From: an uncultured Roseivirgaceae bacterium
GTDB lineage: Bacteria; Bacteroidota; Bacteroidia; Cytophagales; Cyclobacteriaceae
NCBI GenBank assembly: GCA_964404445.1
Contig: CAYOJW010000009.1
Location: 1 to 64,000 of the forward strand
Reading direction: 5' to 3'
Length of the DNA: 64,000 nt
Both the position numbers and the translations under genes were made by a program. The stretch's first letter is position 1, and every line of letters begins with the position of its first letter. Positions 48,987 to 58,222 of the stretch are shown one piece after another. The notes under the pieces were generated by a model. That model was not told the origin of the DNA. It saw only the letters and a list, made by a program, of their open reading frames with translations, and did not search any database.

Positions 48987-51900
48987 TTAATTTCTAACCT
49001 CTAAGTATCCGTTTATTTTCTTACTGCCATCACCCTTGTCGATCGAATAAAAATACGCTCCGCTGGGAAGCCATTGACCGTTTTTAGAAATACCGTCAAA
49101 AACCCTTTGTGCATTATCGTACCCCGAAACTTCAAACACACTTCCTCCCCAACGATCAAAAATCATAACTCTGTTTTGGGGATATAGTTCGATGTTTTTG
49201 ATATGGAAAAAATCATGTTTCCCGTTTTTGTTCATCGTAACAATATTAAAGATTTCCAACCTCGCCTCTGCCGAACCCCTGAGGATAATTATAAACTGAG
49301 GTGTTTGAGTGTTATTGTAAATCGTAAGCCTGCCCGTAGCCTGCCCAAAATTTGTTGGTGCAAACCGTACTTCAATAGCAGCGTTGGTTCCTGATGTGAG
49401 GCTGGCAGGCACACTCCCTGCTAAGTAAAAATCACCGGTTACATCAATATTACTGATGGTTAACGTTCCTATCCCGGTATTGCTGATCACAAATTCTTTT
49501 AACGTTTCGTCACCAACCTGTGTAAGCTCATAAATAGCTGTACTACCGTTGGCCTTATTGTTTCCATCTTCCAGTACAATAATCAGTGGATGGTTGCCTT
49601 CACCGGTAAGTGTTAATGTAAACTCAGGCACCGAAGCATTGCTGCGGATCGTCAACAGGCCTGTTCGTACCCCGCCTGCTGTGGGAATAAAAGCAACGTT
49701 TAGCGTTGTGTTTGCACCGGCTGCTAATGTAGTTGGTGGTGTGCCTTGTATCTGGTAATCGCCCGTGATGCTAATCGAACTGAAATTGATTGCAGCATTG
49801 CCTGTGTTGGTCAGTACAAAACTTTTTGTGGATTGATCGCCAACATTGGTGGAAGGATAGTTTATTGTACTTCCATTTGATTGTGTTATGCTGTTTTCGA
49901 TTACGGTTAATACGGCTTCCAACCCAACACCGGTGAGGTTCAGCACAAAGTTTGGAATGGTGGCATTACTGTTTATGCTAAGTGTACCCGTGCGTGTGCC
50001 GGAAACGGTAGGGATAAAATCGACTATCAGTATTGTGTTTGCCCCGGCTGCCAAGGTTGTTGGTGGTGTGCCTTGTATGTGATAATCGCCTGTGGCAACA
50101 ATGGAACTGAAATTGATTGCAGCATTGCCTGTGTTGGTCAGCACAAAACTTTTTGTGGACTGATCGCCAACGTTGGTGGAAGGGTAGTTTACCGTTGCAC
50201 CGTTAGCCTGCGTAATGCTATTTTCCGTTACATTCAATACAGCCTCCAACCCCACACCGGTCAAATTCAGTACAAAATTTGGAATGGTAGCATTGCTGTT
50301 AAACGTTAATGTACCGGTGCGTGTGCCAGAAGCGGTGGGTGAAAAAATAACTTCGATGATAACACTCACACCCACAGCCAGCGTGGTGGGCAGCACACCC
50401 TGTATGTGATAATCGCCAGTGGTGGTTATCGTGCCAAAATTAATGGGTGCATTGCCAATGTTCGTCAACTCAAAACTGTACGAAGCCTGATCCCCGACAT
50501 TCGTGTCGGGATAAATTACAGTGCTGCCATCGGGGTGATCGGTTAACGCTATGGAAATTTGAAGCTCAGGCGCATTGACTACCAACACAACCGGTTCGGT
50601 TTGCAAGGTAAGGTTAGGCACAAGGGTATTGGTACTGTACAACACATACGTGCCGGCATCTGCCGCTGTAACCGATGGTATGGTAAACGTATCACTATCT
50701 GCACCACCTATGTCCATTCCATCCTTTCGCCATTGATATACATTAGCTGAACCGCCCACCGTAAAACTGGCTGTAAACTCATCTCTAACGTTAAGTATCT
50801 GCGTACCTCCACCGGGTATTATTGCCTGGGTGTGATATGAAAAATTAAACACGCTCATATTCGGTTCCAGGTCGTCAAACTCAAGGTTGTTTATACTCAC
50901 ATCCAAATAATACAACATTGCCAAGCTCGACAAATCCGGCATACCGGAAATAAGATTGTTCTGTATCGATAACCAAATGACAGGAAGACTTGTAAATGAA
51001 ACTGGTACAGAACCTGAAAGTCGATTCTGACTTAAATCCAAACTCATTATTACTGACAAATTACCAAGCTCTGGAGGAATTGAGCCCGTGAGCTGATTGT
51101 TGTTCAAATGTAAACCTCCTAACATTGACAAACTCCCAAGCTCAGGAGGAATTGAACCTGTGAGTTGATTCCGTGCCAAACCTAAGTATTCTAATGCAGA
51201 CAAATTACCAAACTCAGGAGGAATTGTGCCCGTAAGTTGATTGTTCTCTAAAGAGAAACTCTTTAACGCTAATAAATCCCCAAGTTTGGAGGGAATTGAT
51301 CCTGAGAGTTGGTTGGTACCTAAATGTAATGCTGTTAGTAATACCAAATCCCCAAGTACAGATGGAATTGATCCTGTGAGTTGGTTCCATTCCAAACCTA
51401 AGTGCTCTAATAGAGACAAATTACCAAGCTCTTGAGGAATTGTGCCTGTAAGTTGATTCACCTGTAAAGATAAATCAGTTAACACTAACAAATTACCAAG
51501 TTCTGATGGAATTGATCCGGATAGTTGATTGCCAGCTAAATTTAAAACTGATAACGTTAACAGATTTCCAAGTTCAGGGGGGATGGAGCCCGTGAGTTGA
51601 TTTCCCTGTAATTCTAAACGTGTTAATGCTAACAAATTCCCAAGTTCGGAAGGAATTGTACCGGTAAGTTGGTTATTTCGTAAACTTAAATACGTTAATG
51701 CAGACAGGTTTCCAAACTCAGGGGGGATGGAGCCCGTGAGTTGACCCCACTCTAAACCCAAATACTCTAACGCTGATAAATTACCAAGTTCTGGGGGGAT
51801 TGAACCCGTGAGTTCATTATAAGGCAAACGCAAGTTTCTAAGCGCTGACAGATTTCCAAGCTCTGGAGGAATCGAACCATTAAGTTGTTTATAGCTAAGT

Positions 51901-52109
51901 TGCAACTCTGTGACCCTGTTCCCTGCTAACGTAACCCCATGCCAGGTAGATACCGGCCCGGTAAGCCAGTTGGTGTTGTCAGTCCAGCCGGGGCCATTGG
52001 TGCTGTTGTACAATGCTACCAATGCTAATGAGTCGGAAACAAGTACCTGTGCCTTTGCGGTGTAACCCGCCAGCATCAATAATATGGCTATCGTTAATCG
52101 TTTCAACAT
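48987..52109 (-). CDS. T9SS cargo protein: N-terminal plant-type LRR domain, three tandem choice-of-anchor-D/Ig-like domains, C-terminal CHU_C (type B) sorting domain
   Basis: LxxLxxLxLxxNQLTGSIPPELGNL repeats x ~14; three ~109-aa repeats (…NLTGVGLEAVL…TRTGTLSINSNATIPNF); C-terminal MIFDRWGGSVFEVSGYDNA…GAYFYSI…GYLEVRN. Confidence 0.75.
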   Translation of the reverse strand: MLKRLTIAILLMLAGYTAKAQVLVSDSLALVALYNSTNGPGWTDNTNWLTGPVSTWHGVTLAGNRVTELQLSYKQLNGSIPPELGNLSALRNLRLPYNELTGSIPPELGNLSALEYLGLEWGQLTGSIPPEFGNLSALTYLSLRNNQLTGTIPSELGNLLALTRLELQGNQLTGSIPPELGNLLTLSVLNLAGNQLSGSIPSELGNLLVLTDLSLQVNQLTGTIPQELGNLSLLEHLGLEWNQLTGSIPSVLGDLVLLTALHLGTNQLSGSIPSKLGDLLALKSFSLENNQLTGTIPPEFGNLSALEYLGLARNQLTGSIPPELGSLSMLGGLHLNNNQLTGSIPPELGNLSVIMSLDLSQNRLSGSVPVSFTSLPVIWLSIQNNLISGMPDLSSLAMLYYLDVSINNLEFDDLEPNMSVFNFSYHTQAIIPGGGTQILNVRDEFTASFTVGGSANVYQWRKDGMDIGGADSDTFTIPSVTAADAGTYVLYSTNTLVPNLTLQTEPVVLVVNAPELQISIALTDHPDGSTVIYPDTNVGDQASYSFELTNIGNAPINFGTITTTGDYHIQGVLPTTLAVGVSVIIEVIFSPTASGTRTGTLTFNSNATIPNFVLNLTGVGLEAVLNVTENSITQANGATVNYPSTNVGDQSTKSFVLTNTGNAAINFSSIVATGDYHIQGTPPTTLAAGANTILIVDFIPTVSGTRTGTLSINSNATIPNFVLNLTGVGLEAVLTVIENSITQSNGSTINYPSTNVGDQSTKSFVLTNTGNAAINFSSISITGDYQIQGTPPTTLAAGANTTLNVAFIPTAGGVRTGLLTIRSNASVPEFTLTLTGEGNHPLIIVLEDGNNKANGSTAIYELTQVGDETLKEFVISNTGIGTLTISNIDVTGDFYLAGSVPASLTSGTNAAIEVRFAPTNFGQATGRLTIYNNTQTPQFIIILRGSAEARLEIFNIVTMNKNGKHDFFHIKNIELYPQNRVMIFDRWGGSVFEVSGYDNAQRVFDGISKNGQWLPSGAYFYSIDKGDGSKKINGYLEVRN
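49560..50545. repeat. Three tandem ~327-bp near-identical DNA repeats inside the LRR/T9SS gene
   Basis: Spurious + strand ORFs at 49888 and 50215 have near-identical translations, spaced 327 bp apart; the protein repeats are also near-identical. Confidence 0.8.
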
Positions 52110-52112
52110 AGC

Positions 52113-53081
52113 TTAAAAGAACCTGAATTTATGTTTGCGCATGGGTATTTCGCAAACAGCCGAAGCTTTCTCAAATTCATAAATAATGGAAATTTCGTGC
52201 GTGCCGTAGTTCCGGCTGATCAACGGGCTGGTAGGAAACTCAAGCCCGTACCCCACGCGCAAATTCCGGTTTACCAACAAGGCTACATCGGCACCCATGC
52301 CTGCCGGGTTTCGGTATGTTGCACCCACCCATAAGGTTTCTGACAACAACACGTGCAGGCCAACATCTAACGAACTGCTACCATCGTGTACGGTGCGCCA
52401 TAAAACCGATGGCTTTAACCTTACCACACTCCGTTTGTCGGTGTTATTCAGCAACGCCCCTGCACTTACATAAAAATGCCGCAAGTACCGGCTGCTGTTG
52501 TTTACGCCATCGTTGATGACCACTTCCAGTAAGCGAGGCGAAGAAACACCCACGTACCAGCTTTTGGTTTTATAAAAAATACCCGCACCGAGGTTGGGTT
52601 GCGAAAATTGCGTACGGTTATAATCCAGGTCATCATCGTCAACATACTCTAAGTTTAACCGGTTATAGTCGTAACGGTAGTGAACATACCCGCCCTGTAC
52701 CCCAAACGACAGCGACTTATCACGGTGGTTGATTACCTTATACGAAAAAGCCAACTGCGCCTCAGTAGTACGGTTAATGCCCAATTGATCGGTTATTACC
52801 ATGCCACCAACGCCAAACCGGTTATCAATGCCACCCGAAAGCGAAACATAGTTGGTGAGGGGTGCACCCTCCATGCCCACCCATTGTTTGCGGGCAATAA
52901 CATTCAACGTTAAGTCTTTGTATATACCGGCATAAGCCGGGTTGATCATCATTTGGTTAAACCCGTACAAATTATACAGCGGGTCTTGTTGTGCATGAAC
53001 ATACCCGGCACGTAAACATAAAAATGCACTAACGATAATGAGTGCTTTTCGGGTTGAGGTTCGGGTAAGAGCGGTCATCAC
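52113..53081 (-). CDS. PorP/SprF-family type IX secretion membrane protein
   Basis: Signal peptide then QQDPLYNLYGFNQMMINPAYAG, the conserved PorP/SprF N-terminal motif; sits directly downstream of a CHU_C cargo gene. Confidence 0.8.
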   Translation of the reverse strand: MMTALTRTSTRKALIIVSAFLCLRAGYVHAQQDPLYNLYGFNQMMINPAYAGIYKDLTLNVIARKQWVGMEGAPLTNYVSLSGGIDNRFGVGGMVITDQLGINRTTEAQLAFSYKVINHRDKSLSFGVQGGYVHYRYDYNRLNLEYVDDDDLDYNRTQFSQPNLGAGIFYKTKSWYVGVSSPRLLEVVINDGVNNSSRYLRHFYVSAGALLNNTDKRSVVRLKPSVLWRTVHDGSSSLDVGLHVLLSETLWVGATYRNPAGMGADVALLVNRNLRVGYGLEFPTSPLISRNYGTHEISIIYEFEKASAVCEIPMRKHKFRFF

Positions 53082-53219
53082 ATTGTGTAGTTATCAAAAA
53101 TAACAAAAAACACAATATGCTTACCCGATTGATGTCTTATAAAAATGATAAACCGTATAAACTACATAGCTGCCATGCCTTGATAGCAAAATTCTATGTG
53201 GTTAAATTAAGCTCTGTAA

Positions 53220-54368
53220 TTACCTGCGCAACGAAATAAAACCATTCAACGCCCCACCTGCTTTTGGTCTGATCACATAATAGTATGTTCCGGCCGGAAG
53301 GTCTTTTCGTCCCCCGACATTGGAAATGCCGTTAAACCGTTTTTCGGTGTTAGCGTTATCATACCCCTTCACTTCAAATACCAAATCGCCCCAGCGGTTA
53401 TAAACAGAAAACAAATCGTCATCCGTCATGTTGTCGATGTGTATATAATCGTTTTCGCCAACCGTGCCGCCAGGCGAAAGCACATTAAACACCACAATAC
53501 CTTCGGCCAAAACGCCCAGCGTTACCACACCTGTACCCAACGCACCGTTGCTGTAAATGCGATCGGCCGATGATGATGCCCCCCGCCCTAAACCCTGAAA
53601 CACATCAGTTACCGAACTTGCAAAAGCAACACCTGTTTTACCCGTTGCCTGAAATCCTTCATCGCCCATGTATGGCAACACAATGGTTGCCCCGTTCAGC
53701 GAACCGCTTTCAACATCAACAGTCCAGTAGCGCTTATTTGAAATTTGTGTTAACGAGGCGTTCTTTTGTAACGATAACGTTGTTGATGGCTCTGTCATCG
53801 TCAACGCTACCACTGTACCTGCCCCGGAAACCGACTCGATCGTAACCGGTATATACTGCGTGCCATTACCTAACGGGAATATTTTGTTACCGCTGCCTTG
53901 TTGCACAACCGTTGCATTGATGTGCGACTGGTTGGATCCTCCTGAAATAACAGCCGTTGGGGCAAACACAATTTTCGAGTCATTCTCAGCAGTAATAACG
54001 CCATCCGTTAAGGTTAAACTTCCTTCTACCGTAAGATCAGCCAAAATGCGTTTAAGCCCGCCTCCGCTGATCACCAACTTGCTAAACGACTGGTTGTTGT
54101 GGTTAATGATTTGCGGAACAGACGTATCGGTATTGTTAAAGGTTATCTGCCCGATGCCCGCATCGTATGTGCCTAAGTTTTTCCACGAACCGCCCACAAC
54201 CAAATTACCGTTATTAATTAACGTGCCGTTGTTGATTAAGCTGTCGTGAACACTCATTACACCGTTTGCCGAAATACTAACGATTGTGCCCGGTGTGTTA
54301 TAGAAATTTTGGGCACTGACTGAGATCGTACTGATTAACAAGCCAAATAGTAATATTGTGGTTTTCAT
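53220..54368 (-). CDS. T9SS C-terminal-domain (CHU_C) secreted protein (start chosen at MKTTILLF)
   Basis: C-terminal LFSVYNRWGDLVFEVKGYDNA…GTYYYVI…GFISLRR; signal peptide. Confidence 0.6.
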   Translation of the reverse strand: MKTTILLFGLLISTISVSAQNFYNTPGTIVSISANGVMSVHDSLINNGTLINNGNLVVGGSWKNLGTYDAGIGQITFNNTDTSVPQIINHNNQSFSKLVISGGGLKRILADLTVEGSLTLTDGVITAENDSKIVFAPTAVISGGSNQSHINATVVQQGSGNKIFPLGNGTQYIPVTIESVSGAGTVVALTMTEPSTTLSLQKNASLTQISNKRYWTVDVESGSLNGATIVLPYMGDEGFQATGKTGVAFASSVTDVFQGLGRGASSSADRIYSNGALGTGVVTLGVLAEGIVVFNVLSPGGTVGENDYIHIDNMTDDDLFSVYNRWGDLVFEVKGYDNANTEKRFNGISNVGGRKDLPAGTYYYVIRPKAGGALNGFISLRR

Positions 54369-54379
54369 AGCCTGTATAT

Positions 54380-56800
54380 CTATTGTTGTGTAGCCGCGTT
54401 TCGTTCGCGGGCGATAGTCACCCAACCCAACTCAGTAGCCACCACGGTTACACTATACACGTAGCTCAGTGAATCCTGATTAAAAATCAGGAAATATGAA
54501 CTGCTTTGAACCCCATCCAAATAATCTTTAGGGTCAGACAATTGGACACGCGCACCTGAGCTGGCAGCTGTCCCCAATGTGCGAATGGTAATAACACGCC
54601 CCGCAACGCCTACATCCTGCGAATAAGGGAGTCTTATGTTCATAGGTTTAGCCGTACTCGTTGGCCTTGCAATGATGATGTATTCAGAGTTTTTGATGTC
54701 GTAAGTATCTGTGTTAGCTGGCAAAATTGTATAGCTTACATTATGTGAACCAACAACGTGCAGGTTTGCAAAGGGCTTATCGGTTCCAATCGCAATAGCG
54801 CCAAAGTTCACGGCCTCACTATTACCTGCGTTATTACCTGTTGCTAATACCGAATTCAGGTTCTGATTTGATGCGGAAATAGCTTGATTGGTTACACTTG
54901 TAATCCTGCCTTTTTCATCTACGGTAATCCGAGGCACAGCAGCAGATGTTCCGTATGTTCCGGCTGCTACACCGGAGTTACTAAGTTTGGGAGAAGTTAC
55001 CGCGTTATCGCGAATGTGGTTTGTTGTTACCGCACGATTGGCATCGGTTGCTGCATCGCTTCTCAGTTCAGTTGATGTAACACCATTTGTCGCAATCGCC
55101 AGCGTACCCGTTGTTGTAATAGTACCACCGGTAAGACCCGTGCCTGCAATAATACTGGTTACCGTACCGGTTCCTACATTATCGGTTTGTGGCATCCACG
55201 CTGTACCGCTCCATTTTAATACATGACCGGGGGAGGCACCTCCCGCAGTAATTTTACCAGGTGCAACGGCTAAGATTTTCACATCGGTTACTGCGTTATC
55301 GTTAAGTTTGGTTGTGGTAACGCTTGCATCGGCCAAGTCAGCCGTTGCAATAGTGCCATCGGTAATCTTAGCCGAGGTAATAGCGTTATTGGCAAGTTTG
55401 ACTGTTGTTACACTTGCGTCTGCCAGATCGGCCGTAGCGATGGTACCATCAGCAATCTTAGCCGATGTAATAGCATTATTGGCAACCGTAGGGTTCGGGT
55501 ATGTGCCTGTAAGGTCGCCACCCGCACTGCCACCCGGTGCTGTACCCGTAACAGTAACATTGGTTACACCTGTAATACGTCCCTGCGGATCAACCGTAAG
55601 TTGCGGAACCTGCGTAGCCGTACCATAGGTATTTGCTACCACTGTTGTATTGGCTAACTTGGCTGCCGTTACCGAGGCATTGGCCAGATCGGCCGTAGCG
55701 ATAGTGCCATCAGCAATTTTAGCCGATGTAATAGCATTATTGGCAACTGTTGGGTTAGGGTATGTGCCTGTAAGGTCGCCACCTGCATTCCCACTGGGAG
55801 GAATGCCTGTAATGGTTACAAGAGTAACAGCGGTTATACGCCCCTGTGCATCGACCGTAAGTTGCGGAACCTGTGTTGCTGTACCATAGGTATTCGGAAC
55901 AACAGTTGTATTGGCCAACTTGGCTGCCGTTACCGAGGCATTGGCCAGATCGGCCGTAGCAATAGTACCATCAGTAATCTTAGCCGAGGTAATAGCATTA
56001 TCTGCAAGTTTGATTGTTGTTACGCTTGCATCTGCCAGGTCGGCCGTAGCAATAGTACCATCAGTAATCTTAGCCGAGGTAATAGCATTATCTGCAAGTT
56101 TGATTGTTGTTACGCTTGCATCTGCCAGGTCAGCCGTTGCAATAGTGCCATCGGTAATCTTAGCCGAGGTAACAGCGTTATTGGCAAGTTTGACTGTTGT
56201 TACACTTGCGTCTGCCAGATCGGCCGTAGCGATGGTACCATCAGCAATCTTAGCCGATGTAATAGCATTATTGGCAACCGTAGGGTTCGGGTATGAACCG
56301 GTAAGATCGCCACCCGCACTACCACCCGGTACTGTACCCGTAATGGTTACGTTGTTCCCTCCGGATATGGCGAGCAGCCCCGAGGCCGGGGTAAATGTTA
56401 AGGTTTGTCCATCGGTATTGATGGCCGACAGGTTTACTGAATTACCTCCCGAAATAGAAAGATTCGGAGATGCAAAGGTTAAGGTTTGATTATCTGTCCC
56501 TACGCTATCTTCAATAATAGTCCAAACGGTACCGCTCCAATAATAGAACTTATTCGTGTCGGTATCAAAAACGAGCAACCCTTTTTCTGCAACGCCCAGT
56601 GTTGACGTAAACGCGGTGGCCGTTCGCTGCGCGGTGGTTAAGCGCGGAACTAAAAAACCCTGGTTGTTATCAGGCGATTTCAGCTCAAGAACAGCTTTGG
56701 GGTTAGGGGCATCTGTACCAATACCAACCTGTGCATAAGTGGCTGTGGTGTGCATAGCACAAATTACAACGAGTATAAATAACCAAATTGGGTGTTTCAT
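54380..56800 (-). CDS. Secreted protein with a long array of ~30-aa tail-fibre-like repeats (…ITSAKITDGTIATADLADASVTTIKLADNA…)
   Basis: Signal peptide; N-terminal VGIGTDAPNPKAVLEL…GFLVPRLT motif; more than 12 tandem repeats; no CHU_C at the C-terminus. Confidence 0.5.
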   Translation of the reverse strand: MKHPIWLFILVVICAMHTTATYAQVGIGTDAPNPKAVLELKSPDNNQGFLVPRLTTAQRTATAFTSTLGVAEKGLLVFDTDTNKFYYWSGTVWTIIEDSVGTDNQTLTFASPNLSISGGNSVNLSAINTDGQTLTFTPASGLLAISGGNNVTITGTVPGGSAGGDLTGSYPNPTVANNAITSAKIADGTIATADLADASVTTVKLANNAVTSAKITDGTIATADLADASVTTIKLADNAITSAKITDGTIATADLADASVTTIKLADNAITSAKITDGTIATADLANASVTAAKLANTTVVPNTYGTATQVPQLTVDAQGRITAVTLVTITGIPPSGNAGGDLTGTYPNPTVANNAITSAKIADGTIATADLANASVTAAKLANTTVVANTYGTATQVPQLTVDPQGRITGVTNVTVTGTAPGGSAGGDLTGTYPNPTVANNAITSAKIADGTIATADLADASVTTVKLANNAITSAKITDGTIATADLADASVTTTKLNDNAVTDVKILAVAPGKITAGGASPGHVLKWSGTAWMPQTDNVGTGTVTSIIAGTGLTGGTITTTGTLAIATNGVTSTELRSDAATDANRAVTTNHIRDNAVTSPKLSNSGVAAGTYGTSAAVPRITVDEKGRITSVTNQAISASNQNLNSVLATGNNAGNSEAVNFGAIAIGTDKPFANLHVVGSHNVSYTILPANTDTYDIKNSEYIIIARPTSTAKPMNIRLPYSQDVGVAGRVITIRTLGTAASSGARVQLSDPKDYLDGVQSSSYFLIFNQDSLSYVYSVTVVATELGWVTIARERNAATQQ
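55951..56130. repeat. Perfect 90-bp tandem duplication (2 x 90 bp) within a wider array of imperfect 90-bp repeats (~55300..56300)
   Basis: 55951..56040 is identical to 56041..56130 by direct reading. Confidence 0.9.
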
Positions 56801-57052
56801 CGGGGTTAGTTGATTAAATGAGGTTTTAAATTATCGAAAGCCTATTTTAGAGTCAATCCAGATAACAACGTACAGCGCAAAATCCCTGAAACCAGGAATA
56901 ATTTTAAACATAAAATCCGCCACAAGGCCGGTTTTTATATTCTTATAAGTATGTGAAAATACACAATTTATTATACTTGCGTAAATCGTTTGCCGATTCG
57001 TAAAGTGACCCGCCATTTCTGTTATTTTTGAGCCGATTTATATACAGAACCT

Positions 57053-58198
57053 ATGAAATTCGGTACCAAAGCTGTTCATGCGGGTGTTTCGCCCGACCCT
57101 TCGACCGGGGCTATTATGACACCCATTTTTCAAACCTCAACGTATGTTCAGGAAGAGCCCGCCAAACACAAGGGTTTTGCGTACGCACGAGGCGCCAACC
57201 CTACCCGCAATGCCTTGCAAAAGAGTTTGGCTGCATTAGAAAACGGAAAGTTTGCACTATGCTTTTCATCGGGTATGGGCGCTACCGATGCCGTTATAAA
57301 ACTGCTAAACCCAGGCGATGAAGTTATTACCAGCAACGATTTGTACGGAGGTTCATACCGCATGTTTAAACGGGTGTTTGAACGGTTTGGTATCAAATTT
57401 CATTTTATTGATCTCACACAAGCCTCTGCCATTGAGGCGCACATCAACGCCAACACCAAATTACTTTGGATTGAAACCCCCAGTAATCCATTAATGAACA
57501 TCATCGACATACAAGCTTGTGTGGCCATCGCAAAAAAACATAACATCATTACAGCGGTTGATAACACTTTTGCTTCGCCCTATTTACAAAACCCGTTAGA
57601 CCTCGGTGCCGACTTAGTGATGCACTCGGTAACCAAATATTTAGGCGGGCATTCGGATGTGGTAATGGGTGCACTGATTACCAACGATGAAAAACTTCAT
57701 CAGGAACTGGCCTTTATACACAACTCGTGCGGTGCCGTACCCGGCCCGCAAGATTCGTTTTTAGTATTGCGAGGGATTAAAACATTGCACCTGCGCATGG
57801 AGCGGCATTGTTTGAACGGACGAAAAATTGCCGAATTTTTAAAGGCGCATCCTAAAATCGGGAAGGTGTATTGGCCTGGCTTTACAGGCCACCCCAACCA
57901 CGCTATCGCTCGTAAACAAATGCGCGACTTTGGCGGGATGCTTTCGTTTACACTAAAAGATGATAGCATCGAAAAAGCATTTACCCTGATGAAAAGTGTT
58001 GAACTTTTCGCGTTGGCCGAATCACTGGGCGGTGTTGAATCGCTTGTTAATCACCCTGCATCCATGACACACGCCAGCATCCCAAAAGAAGAACGAATTA
58101 AAAACGGATTGCTCGATTCGCTGATTCGCCTGAGCATTGGTGTAGAAGATGCCGAAGATTTGATTGCTGATTTAGAGCAAGCACTCCAAAAAGTTTAA
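57053..58198 (+). CDS. Cys/Met-metabolism PLP-dependent enzyme (cystathionine gamma-synthase/beta-lyase/methionine gamma-lyase family)
   Basis: SVTKYLGGHSDVVMGA (PLP-Lys), DNTFASP. Confidence 0.85.
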   Translation: MKFGTKAVHAGVSPDPSTGAIMTPIFQTSTYVQEEPAKHKGFAYARGANPTRNALQKSLAALENGKFALCFSSGMGATDAVIKLLNPGDEVITSNDLYGGSYRMFKRVFERFGIKFHFIDLTQASAIEAHINANTKLLWIETPSNPLMNIIDIQACVAIAKKHNIITAVDNTFASPYLQNPLDLGADLVMHSVTKYLGGHSDVVMGALITNDEKLHQELAFIHNSCGAVPGPQDSFLVLRGIKTLHLRMERHCLNGRKIAEFLKAHPKIGKVYWPGFTGHPNHAIARKQMRDFGGMLSFTLKDDSIEKAFTLMKSVELFALAESLGGVESLVNHPASMTHASIPKEERIKNGLLDSLIRLSIGVEDAEDLIADLEQALQKV

Positions 58199-58222
58199 CG
58201 CTTCGGAAATTATACGGTAACT

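Noticed and set aside
55300-56300. Regularly spaced 90-bp repeats that could resemble a CRISPR array
   Set aside because: The repeats are in-frame coding repeats of an 806-aa protein (30-aa units), with no unique spacers and no cas genes nearby. This is not CRISPR.
56801-57052. Looked for a SAM riboswitch in front of the cystathionine gamma-synthase-family gene
   Set aside because: I could not identify the SAM-I conserved core (…GGUGGAGGGA…/…CCCGAUGAA…) or a SAM-II-like pseudoknot by eye. The region also serves as the promoter of the divergent 806-aa gene. It is left unannotated.
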